From: an uncultured Candidatus Saccharibacteria bacterium
GTDB lineage: Bacteria > Patescibacteriota > Saccharimonadia > Saccharimonadales > Saccharimonadaceae
Direction of reading: 5' to 3'
Assembly (NCBI GenBank): GCA_964535375.1
Contig: CAZHTQ010000001.1
Coordinates: 1-38,928 of the forward strand
Length of the DNA: 38,928 nt
In this document: positions 19,759-28,692 of the stretch, piece after piece
How positions within the stretch are numbered: the stretch's first letter is position 1
How the letters are laid out: each line of letters starts with the position of its first letter
Notes under the pieces: model-generated
Told to the model about the DNA's origin: nothing
Database searches by the model: none
What the model saw: the letters and a program-made list of their open reading frames with translations, nothing else
Made by a program: the position numbers and the translations under genes

Positions 19759-20943
19759 ATGGATACGAAGAAAGTGTGGAAGCAAAAAACAGTTAAACTT
19801 GGTAACGCGATAATTTTTAGCGCGGTGCTTGCGGTGCTTGGGATAGTGGTCGGCGTGAACTGGGATAATATGTTTGGCGTCAAAAAAGCGAGTGGTATAG
19901 GCGAATCAGGTGTAGATTGGTCGGTGCTAGACGAAGTGTATACTAAGCTTTCTAATTCTTATAATGGTGACATTGATACTGCGGCGGTGATAGACGGGGC
20001 AAAATCTGGTTTAGTGGCGGCGCTAGGTGATATATATACTGTGTATTTTAACAAGGAAAATAGTGCAGACTTTTACGATGATCTTCACGGTAATGTGGGA
20101 AGCGGCATCGGTGTGGAAATGGGGCTACGTGATGGGTATGTGCGGGTGCTAAGGACTTTGCCGGATAACCCAGCGCGTAAGGCGGGGATACTAGCAGGTG
20201 ATATTATATACAAGGTAAATGGCGAAGAAGTTTGGCAAAAAAGTACGGATGAAATCTCTAAGCTAGTGCGTGGCAAGAGCGGTACCGAGATAACGGTGAC
20301 CGTGGTACGCGATGGCAAGGAGAAAGAATTTACCATGAAGCGCGAAACAATTAACAACGTGTCAGAATACGTTGAATATGATGGTAATACAGCGATTATT
20401 ACGGTGACGCGATTTGATAATGATACGGGGATTAAAGTGCAAGAAGAAGCCAAGAATTTTGCGGCTAAGGGTATTAATAAAGTGATTTTGGATCTTCGTG
20501 GTAATGGCGGCGGGTATGTATCGGCAGCGCAAGATTTGCTGAGTTTGTGGCTAGATAACCAAAAGATGTACGTACAGAAGTCTAAGCACTATGGTAATAT
20601 CACGACATCGACGGCGAGTGGTAAAGCGCTGCTCAAGGATATGAAAACTGTTGTGCTAGTGAACGGCTCGACGGCTTCGGCATCCGAGATTGTGGCGGGG
20701 GCACTACAAGATTATGGCAAAGCGACGATACTTGGCGAAAAGACTTATGGTAAGGGTGTAGTACAAAACCTGGTAGAGCTTACTGGCGGCGCTACTCTTA
20801 AAGTAACGGTGGCAGACTGGTACACGCCAAATGAACGGTCGATCAATCACGATGGTATTACGCCAGATGTGGTGGTGGAGCGAAGCTACGAAGATATCAA
20901 TGCTATGCGCGATCCGCAAATGGACAAGGCTAAAGGAATGTAA
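19759..20943 (+). CDS. S41 family C-terminal processing peptidase (CtpA-like, PDZ)
   Basis: GIGV PDZ loop, DLRGNGGGY, TASASEIVAGALQD and GEKTYGKGVVQ. Confidence 0.93.
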   Translation: MDTKKVWKQKTVKLGNAIIFSAVLAVLGIVVGVNWDNMFGVKKASGIGESGVDWSVLDEVYTKLSNSYNGDIDTAAVIDGAKSGLVAALGDIYTVYFNKENSADFYDDLHGNVGSGIGVEMGLRDGYVRVLRTLPDNPARKAGILAGDIIYKVNGEEVWQKSTDEISKLVRGKSGTEITVTVVRDGKEKEFTMKRETINNVSEYVEYDGNTAIITVTRFDNDTGIKVQEEAKNFAAKGINKVILDLRGNGGGYVSAAQDLLSLWLDNQKMYVQKSKHYGNITTSTASGKALLKDMKTVVLVNGSTASASEIVAGALQDYGKATILGEKTYGKGVVQNLVELTGGATLKVTVADWYTPNERSINHDGITPDVVVERSYEDINAMRDPQMDKAKGM

Positions 20944-22190
20944 TGAGGATTGTAATCGCCACGGCAGTATATTATCCAATGATAAATGGCGTGGCGGTTT
21001 TTTCACATAATTTGGCGGTTGGGCTGGCGGCGCGTGGGCATGAGGTGATGGTGATTGCTCCGTCGCAAACCGGTAAATCATATACGCGTATAGTAGATGG
21101 TGTGAAGACTTGTTATCTTAAATCTGTGGAAGCAAAAGTGTATCCGGATCAGATCCATACGGTGCCAGAAAAGAAAAAGTGGTTCGGAATAAAGTTGCCA
21201 CGAATAGTGTATAAATATGGATTTAGGGTATCACTCTTTCCGACGAGAGAAGTAAAGAAATTGCTTGACGGGTTTCAGCCGGATGTGGTACATGTGCAAG
21301 TGTCTGACCCGATAGGATTATCGGTGGTGTCGTATGCGAGAAAACACGACATACCAGTAGTCACGACGGAACATAATCAGCCGGAAGTGATTACGGAGCC
21401 GCTACATGTACCTGGCGTAATAAAGAAACCAATAGAGGCGCTGCTTAGTGCGTATTTTGTAAACCGGCAGAGCAAGAGTGATTTTGTAACAATGCCGACG
21501 GAGAAAGCGATACGTGAATTGATATATAAACGAAAAGCGGATTTTGGGGTGCCGGTGGCGGCAGTGTCTAATGGTGTAGACCTTGCGGCATTTAAGCCAG
21601 GGCGAGCAGACGCTGGAGTGTACCATAAGTATGGGTTAAATGCAGAGGCAGTGACGTTTTTGTATCTAGGTAGGGTGGATCCAGAAAAAAATGTGGGTCG
21701 AGTAATAGATGCATATGTGATGATGCGAAAGAAAGTCCCGGGTGACGTGAAGACTCAACTAGTAATAGTGGGTGATGGCGTAGACAAGCCAAGACTTATG
21801 GAGCGTGCGGCGGACAGGATGGACGTATATTTTTTGGGGCGAATAGTGCCACCAGAGCTATATAATATATATAGACTTGGTGATGTGTTTGTAACGGCTT
21901 CGGAAATAGAGACGCAAGGAATAGTGCTAATTGAAGCTGCGGCGTGTGGGTTGCCACTAATCGCTGTCAATAAAGGTGCCGTGAGCGAGGTGTGTCAAAA
22001 TGATAAAAATGGATTTTTGTGCGAGCCGGGTAATGTAATGGAAATGGCTGAGGCAATGAGAACGCTTGCAATGGATGCCACGCTACGTGAGAGATTTGGA
22101 AAAGAGTCGCTAAAAATAGCTGGAGAGCATGACTTTGAGCGGACGTTGGATAAGTTTGAAAATATTTACCGGAAGGTAGTGAAGCAATAA
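20943..22190 (+). CDS. Glycosyltransferase family 4 (glycolipid synthase-like)
   Basis: YYPMINGVA, SNGVDL, GRVDPEKN, VGDG and ETQGIVLIEAAACGLP. Confidence 0.9.
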   Translation: MRIVIATAVYYPMINGVAVFSHNLAVGLAARGHEVMVIAPSQTGKSYTRIVDGVKTCYLKSVEAKVYPDQIHTVPEKKKWFGIKLPRIVYKYGFRVSLFPTREVKKLLDGFQPDVVHVQVSDPIGLSVVSYARKHDIPVVTTEHNQPEVITEPLHVPGVIKKPIEALLSAYFVNRQSKSDFVTMPTEKAIRELIYKRKADFGVPVAAVSNGVDLAAFKPGRADAGVYHKYGLNAEAVTFLYLGRVDPEKNVGRVIDAYVMMRKKVPGDVKTQLVIVGDGVDKPRLMERAADRMDVYFLGRIVPPELYNIYRLGDVFVTASEIETQGIVLIEAAACGLPLIAVNKGAVSEVCQNDKNGFLCEPGNVMEMAEAMRTLAMDATLRERFGKESLKIAGEHDFERTLDKFENIYRKVVKQ

Positions 22191-22219
22191 AAGAAGCGCC
22201 GGGTGGCACTTCTTTTATT
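22186..22219. terminator. Bidirectional terminator between convergent genes
   Basis: AATAAAAGAAGCGCC-gggt-GGCACTTCTTTTATT. Confidence 0.6.
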
Positions 22220-22224
22220 ATGGA

Positions 22225-23016
22225 TTAATTGTCTGTACTGGACGGTTCGCTTGACTCGTTTGACTCGGATGGCGTGGTTGGCGAGGTGTCTTCATTAGTA
22301 GATGAACCAGTCAACTCGGACGGTGCGCTGGCGCTGCTAGGATGGACTACGGTGTAGCGTACTTTGCCAATGTACGTATCGGCAGCTTGAGCGTTTGATA
22401 CCTTGGTGGCGTAAGTGGTTTCGATAAGAGAGCCCTTGGCGGCATCTGTGCTGGAAGTATATGAAGCTACCTTAGTGGTGGTAGATGGAACTGCATGATT
22501 AGAATCAAAAGAATCGAGGATGGTAAGATTGCTAGGGAGGTAAGAAGTAGAGTCGGTAACTTTGGTAAGGCGCATAGACCAAACTGAGCCTTCGGCATTT
22601 TCAGAAGCGATGCCGGTGGGTATAGTGAGACCGGTAGTAATGCCAATGAGGTTGGTATTGCCAAGGGTACCTTCGGCTTCGGCGTCTCCGCCGGAGTGAC
22701 CTACGGCATAGACAGCGTAACCGTTGGTGTCGTTGCAGACGATTTTGAGGGTTGTTTTGCCGATATTATCACGATAGGTGCCAGGTAAAATGCTGGCAGT
22801 ATGGTCCTCGCCTGAGGCGATCGTGCCAGAAATGGTGCAAGCGTCATTGACGGAAAGGGAGACTGGTTGAGATTCGGAATCCGTCGAGGCGGCATAAGCA
22901 CTACTTGAAGTGAGAGCCTGACCTGAAAGCATAGTGCTTGCCACAAGCGCAAAAACTAACCCTACCGAGCGTTTATTTGATATATTTGTATTGTGATGTA
23001 TGACCCTAAACATCAA
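22225..23016 (-). CDS. Secreted beta-rich protein, paralogue of the DGR target N-terminal domain
   Basis: Signal peptide ending AYA; CNDTNGYAVYA, SVWSM and QAADTYIGKVRYTVVHP; Ser/Thr-rich tail. Confidence 0.65.
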   Translation of the reverse strand: MMFRVIHHNTNISNKRSVGLVFALVASTMLSGQALTSSSAYAASTDSESQPVSLSVNDACTISGTIASGEDHTASILPGTYRDNIGKTTLKIVCNDTNGYAVYAVGHSGGDAEAEGTLGNTNLIGITTGLTIPTGIASENAEGSVWSMRLTKVTDSTSYLPSNLTILDSFDSNHAVPSTTTKVASYTSSTDAAKGSLIETTYATKVSNAQAADTYIGKVRYTVVHPSSASAPSELTGSSTNEDTSPTTPSESNESSEPSSTDN

Positions 23017-23118
23017 AGTCTCCTAGTTATTGATATATTATATATTGTAGCACGAGCGGTTTGGGTGTGCAAGTCTTGAAATTTGCGAGGAATATTGTGT
23101 ATTATGGTTAAAATATGA

Positions 23119-24423
<1,305 letters not shown>

Positions 24424-24535
24424 AGGCTCGGTAAGTGGTGCCAGTGACGGGCTGGCAAAGTTTGCTAATAAAAAGCCACCGGTAATCCGGTGGCAGGGGT
24501 TGACTTTTAGGAGTATTGCCTCTATAATTGGCGAT

Positions 24536-24922
24536 ATGGCTAGTGATGTGTATGCAATAAGCATTGAAGCGGGGGCGAATCCTGATAAATACGAATGGCG
24601 AGTAGCGGCGGTACTTACTGATTACTTCAAGAGCAATATTGCTATTCGCAGAAGTAGCCAATCATATTCGCCGGATTTGTTGGTAATACGTTTGAATCAG
24701 TTGTGGGAAATAAAAAATATTCGAGGCAATGGGACACACACGATAGAACACAATCTGTCGAAGGCGAAATTACAGTCGGATAAGGTGATCATCTCGCTCT
24801 ATCGCACCAATATGACACCAAAGAGGGCTATAGGTCGGATTAAGGCTGAGCTCATTAGGAATCGCGAGATAAAACGGCTACTGCTAGTCACAAAAGATGG
24901 AAAAGTGATTGAAATCAAATAA
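24536..24922 (+). CDS. Small PD-(D/E)XK nuclease-fold protein resembling CdiA C-terminal tRNase domains
   Basis: SPDLLV...WEIK motif and IEHNLSKAKLQSDKVII. Promoter TTGACT-17-TATAAT at 24500-24528, with ATG 7 nt downstream. Confidence 0.6.
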   Translation: MASDVYAISIEAGANPDKYEWRVAAVLTDYFKSNIAIRRSSQSYSPDLLVIRLNQLWEIKNIRGNGTHTIEHNLSKAKLQSDKVIISLYRTNMTPKRAIGRIKAELIRNREIKRLLLVTKDGKVIEIK

Positions 24923-24943
24923 TATGTGTGGTATAATGTATAT

Positions 24944-25106
24944 ATAGGGGTATCCCTAGTCGAGATTGAAATAGTATCTCATGGTCCGCACGGTGCGTGT
25001 TTGTGCCTCCCGCGGGAAGCCGTGAGGGTGAATAGCTCTCAAAAGGTCAAAAAAGAATTATCTTTGGAACCTGTGCGGCGTCGTGACGCTTAAAGCAGGT
25101 TTTTTC
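24944..25106 (+). ncRNA. Candidate structured ncRNA downstream of the nuclease-like gene
   Basis: TGGTATAAT at 24929-24937; several stems (CCGCACGG/CTGTGCGG, GAGGGT/GCTCTC); ends AACCTG...CAGGTTTTTT; no ORF listed. Confidence 0.4.
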
Positions 25107-25203
25107 TTTGTTTTAGTCTGAAAAGCCGCCGGGGACTGGCGGCGGGTGGGACTCAAGCACTTAATTGCTTTTTATTTTGGGTGAGATGTGGTATGCTTAT
25201 AAT

Positions 25204-25998
25204 ATGGGTGAAAAATTAGGTGCAAATGAGACAATTTCTGATAATATAGACAATGAATTTTTGCGGATGGCTGAACAAATACGGGCAGAGGCGCCGATGG
25301 ATGCGAAGAAGCATTTTCGCGAAGTGCGCGAGCTAGAATATATATTTGCTGGGCGGAACGAAAAGCTGGCTGAGGCTGGTGAGGCAATGAGTGAAAAAGA
25401 GTTTGAGCGGTGGGAAGATGACCTGGAATTTGAGCTAAAACAGGGGGAACGTCAGGTAGAGATAGGCAAGATGAATTTTGACGAAGAGGGCGCGGTGAAG
25501 AGTGAAATCGTGGCGTACCATGAAGAAAAAGACCTTGCAAAAACAGTGGAAGCGCAGGCGGGAAATTGGTTTTATGCTAGGGAGCGAGCGCTTGAAACTA
25601 GGCTAAGAGAATCTGGGACTGAGGACGAGATACGGTATTTGCATAATTTTTATCAGTCTGTGGAGGCGCATCTTGATTTTAAGTACATGACTAGGGAAGA
25701 AAAAATGGATTACGGCGATGCGAGATACGAGCGCAACCGGACTGAGGCACATAATAATGCGATAAAGCATCTCAATGGTATTAATGATTTGGCAAGAAGG
25801 TATGGCACAAGGCCGTTTACGGTGCGGAATTTTTGGCCGAGCGATATGATGGATAAAGCTTCGCAAACGCCTGGCATGGCGGCGGTAATGCGATATGATA
25901 GGGATATTGTAGAAGAATACTACGCGATAGCTTTTAGAGAGGATGTGGCGCGCCGAGAGGCTAAACTCCGGCGTGATATGGCGATGGGGCTATATTAG
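25204..25998 (+). CDS. Helical hypothetical protein; C-terminal part DUF3232-like
   Basis: ERNRTEAHNNAIKHLNGINDLARRYG resembles the DUF3232 RxxAHNxxI motif (recalled, not searched). Confidence 0.55.
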   Translation: MGEKLGANETISDNIDNEFLRMAEQIRAEAPMDAKKHFREVRELEYIFAGRNEKLAEAGEAMSEKEFERWEDDLEFELKQGERQVEIGKMNFDEEGAVKSEIVAYHEEKDLAKTVEAQAGNWFYARERALETRLRESGTEDEIRYLHNFYQSVEAHLDFKYMTREEKMDYGDARYERNRTEAHNNAIKHLNGINDLARRYGTRPFTVRNFWPSDMMDKASQTPGMAAVMRYDRDIVEEYYAIAFREDVARREAKLRRDMAMGLY

Positions 25999-26094
25999 CA
26001 CGCAGCTAGGGCAACACATGGGGATATGCACTTGACTTTTTGACATAAGTGTGATATAATGGTATTAATATCTATGTTAAGGGGGTAGGATAAT

Positions 26095-26352
26095 ATGGAT
26101 AATGCTGGGGTAAATATCATCCGAGGTATGACTCGGGATGAGTTTTATCAGAACATTGTAAAGGGGGTCGCAAAGACCTCAGAGTTTAGTGCGCTAGTGG
26201 TAGCAGGACCGGCACGCCTGCTGGACTCCGAGCGAAATACGCTTCGGAAGCAACTGGCTGAGGCTGGTATTCCTTATGATGCCACCGTTACCGATGAGGA
26301 TCTCATCGATATCGCGGTGGTGATAGCGGGCAGAAGTGTAACACTTCGGTAG
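26095..26352 (+). CDS. Small hypothetical protein
   Basis: Upstream TGATATAAT, AGGA RBS, and downstream terminator GCCCCGATC/GATCGGGGC-TTTTT (26374-26398). Confidence 0.65.
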   Translation: MDNAGVNIIRGMTRDEFYQNIVKGVAKTSEFSALVVAGPARLLDSERNTLRKQLAEAGIPYDATVTDEDLIDIAVVIAGRSVTLR

Positions 26353-26505
26353 ATAATACATAGCGCACTTATCGCCCCGATCACGATCGGGGCTTTTTAT
26401 GTTATATAATAGAGGCATAAGGTGTGGAAAAGTGTCGACTAGCGTTGTAAATTTTACATGCTAAATGCCTTGACAACTGGAGTGCTTATGCTTTATAATA
26501 AGGAT

Positions 26506-26660
26506 AAGCTGGTACGCTTCACAGGGGTTCCACTGATTCGTTAGTGGAGTGTGGAGACTTACATTAACAACAAAAACAAACAGAGGATTAAAACAAACCA
26601 ATGTGCCCCCAGGGTGGGCGCGCATCAGCGAGGAACCGGTCGTGAAGGCCGGTTCTTTTT
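26506..26660 (+). ncRNA. Candidate stand-alone small RNA (possibly a reduced 6S-like RNA)
   Basis: TTGACA-18-TATAAT (26470-26499); 5' GCTGGTACGCTTCACAGGGG can pair with 3' CCCCAGGGTGGGCGCGCATCAGC; UUCG hairpin; A/C-rich bubble; terminator GAACCGGTC...GCCGGTTCTTTTT. Confidence 0.5.
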
Positions 26661-26746
26661 GTGCGGAGTGGGCTTGGCGCCAAGGTTTTGCTACGCTGCT
26701 GTGGGCTGGATTATGACTTTGTGGTGCTGCTGTGGGCTGGGCAAGA

Positions 26747-27406
26747 TTATGACCTTGCGATGCCGCTGTGGGCTTGGCGCCATTTGGCGATTTCGCCGTG
26801 ATTGCCGGAGAGCAGGATATCAGGTACTGTCATGCCGCGGAAATCGTAAGGTTTGGTGTATTGCGGATACTCTAGATTATTGCCATCGCTAAAAGACTCG
26901 ACGATGGCGGAAGTCTCGCCGCCAAGAACGCCAGGTAAAAGCCTAACTACGGAATCAATGATAATGAGAGCGGGCAGTTCGCCACCGGTCAAGATGTAGT
27001 GACCGAGGGAGAATTTATAGTCGACGATAGAGAGGATGCGCTCGTCGTAACCCTCATAGTGGGGACAGAGTATAATAAAATGAGCGTTTGGCGAGGCGGC
27101 GAGACTACGGGCCTGAGTTTGATCCCAAAGATCGCCAATAGGGGTAGGCAAGATAACTTTGGCGGCTGGGTCTTTAGACTTTACACTTTCAATAGCGGCA
27201 AAGACTGGCTCACAGCGGAGTAGCATGCCATCGCCACCGCCGTAAGGTGTATCATCTACATTTTTGTGGGGGCCTAGCCCAAAATCTCGCAAATCAACAA
27301 AATCAAAATAGGCGTGACCTTTATCAACCGCCTTCCACATCATTGAAGTTTTGAGATATGGCTCTAAAGCTTCAGGGAACAGAGTTATTATTGTAAACTT
27401 AATCAT
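26747..27406 (-). CDS. trmD: tRNA (guanine-N1)-methyltransferase
   Basis: ITLFPE, VDDTPYGGGDGM, YEGYDER, SLGHYILTGGE, RLLPGVLG, LEYPQYTKP and LLSGNH. Confidence 0.97.
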   Translation of the reverse strand: MIKFTIITLFPEALEPYLKTSMMWKAVDKGHAYFDFVDLRDFGLGPHKNVDDTPYGGGDGMLLRCEPVFAAIESVKSKDPAAKVILPTPIGDLWDQTQARSLAASPNAHFIILCPHYEGYDERILSIVDYKFSLGHYILTGGELPALIIIDSVVRLLPGVLGGETSAIVESFSDGNNLEYPQYTKPYDFRGMTVPDILLSGNHGEIAKWRQAHSGIARS

Positions 27407-27418
27407 TTGCTCTTAAAT

Positions 27419-27503
27419 TGGTGCCCGAGACTGGACTTGAACCAGCACGCCGTGAGGCATATGCTCCTAAGGCATACGTGTATACCAATTTCACCACTCG
27501 GGC
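27419..27503 (-). tRNA. tRNA-Leu(UAG) with encoded CCA
   Basis: Reverse complement GCCCGAG-TGGTGAAATTGGTATACAC-GTATGC-CTTAGGA-GCATAT-long variable arm-GCTGGTTCAAGTCCAGT-CTCGGGC-ACCA; TGATACAAT upstream. Confidence 0.96.
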
Positions 27504-27531
27504 ATAGTACTATTGTATCACAGAAGCGTGA

Positions 27532-27675
27532 CTAATGCAAATCTAGTGCTCTACGCTGCACGTCCGAAAAAAAATAACTACTTTCGTCATGCCTGCGCCG
27601 GTATTTCAGTACCGTACTCGGCTTGGAAAGTAATTATTTTTTTCGGGTTTGCTTAATGCACTAGATTTGCATTAG
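27532..27675. repeat. 144-bp nested inverted repeat (rod-like hairpin, MITE-like)
   Basis: Perfect 18-bp terminal IR CTAATGCAAATCTAGTGC/GCACTAGATTTGCATTAG, plus an inner ~21-bp IR at 27564-27585/27626-27646. Confidence 0.75.
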
Positions 27676-28052
27676 GCACGCTTCTTTAGTGCAAAGGCAG
27701 TGCCAGCGGTAGTAAGGCCACCTAGCAATGCTGCGGCTGGCAAGAGGTCGGCTGGACCGGTGCTTGGTAAATCGCTAGCTTCGCTGACTGGCGATACGTT
27801 TGTGGTTTTGGTAGTAACGGTACCAACGGTAGAGGCTTTGGACTCATCTTTTTTGGTTGAATCGCTTGGTTTGGTTTCGTCAAGCGTAAAAGAGGTGTTG
27901 TCCGAGCCGCCAAGATTGGTGCTGCGGTTTGCTTTGTTCATTGCAACTACTATGATTGCAACAATCAGGGCCAAAATCACAGCAGCGGTTGCAGCGGCAA
28001 AAATGATTACTTTGCGACGCTCCTTGGATGCTATTTCACCTTGATTATACAT
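27672..28052 (-). CDS. Small surface protein: N-terminal TM, Ser/Thr linker, LPxTG-like sorting signal
   Basis: AGGAG RBS before ATG 28052; C-terminus LPSTGP-hydrophobic-KKRA. Confidence 0.75.
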   Translation of the reverse strand: MYNQGEIASKERRKVIIFAAATAAVILALIVAIIVVAMNKANRSTNLGGSDNTSFTLDETKPSDSTKKDESKASTVGTVTTKTTNVSPVSEASDLPSTGPADLLPAAALLGGLTTAGTAFALKKRA

Positions 28053-28178
28053 AATAAAACTCCTTATAACTACCATTATATCACACTTTTGCTAAAATTG
28101 CAAGAATATTTTGAGCAAAAACATGATTGGAGCAATAAGACAAATCGCTAGTGGTAAACAGACGCGCTAAAAGTAGGA

Positions 28179-28691
28179 TTATTGATGGTAGATAGAAATG
28201 TGGGCGGCGGCGTAGTGACGAGTGGATCTGAGTACTAGGCCGGGTAAAACTGGCGGCTCGCCAGGATGAGATAGGACGAGTAGGCCAGTGGGGGATAAGA
28301 GTGGGACAAGTACCATGATGTCTTCGATAGCAAAGCGGTCGTAGGGCGGGTCGGCCAAAATGAGATCGTATTTTACTTCTAGGTTTAGTCGGTGAACGCT
28401 GGTGTGGATGATTTTGGCATTGGTGACTTTTAAGGTTTTGAGATTGGCAGCGATGCAGCGAGTGGCGGCGCCGGATTTTTCAACAAAAGTAACTGAGGCG
28501 GCACCGCGAGATAATGCCTCGAGACCGAGAGAGCCAGAACCAGCATAAGCGTCTAGCACGGTGAGGTCAGTCAAATCATTACCAATACTATTAAATAGTG
28601 CCAAACGCTCACGCTCGCCCATGGGGTGAGTGGTGGAGAGGTTGGGGGATTTAATTTCACGATTTTTATAGATTCCTGAGGTGATGCGCAT
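28179..28691 (-). CDS. rsmD: RsmD-family 16S rRNA m2G966 methyltransferase
   Basis: MRITSG, VLDAYAGSGSLGLEALSRGA and DPPY. Confidence 0.88.
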   Translation of the reverse strand: MRITSGIYKNREIKSPNLSTTHPMGERERLALFNSIGNDLTDLTVLDAYAGSGSLGLEALSRGAASVTFVEKSGAATRCIAANLKTLKVTNAKIIHTSVHRLNLEVKYDLILADPPYDRFAIEDIMVLVPLLSPTGLLVLSHPGEPPVLPGLVLRSTRHYAAAHISIYHQ

Positions 28692-28692
28692 A

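Noticed and set aside
26551-26892. 113-aa plus-strand Cys-rich ORF
   Set aside because: Runs through a strong terminator, short repeats and antisense trmD; no protein-like features.
27419-27503. tRNA-Leu as an integration site for an island
   Set aside because: No duplicated tRNA 3' end or integrase seen; trmD follows directly.
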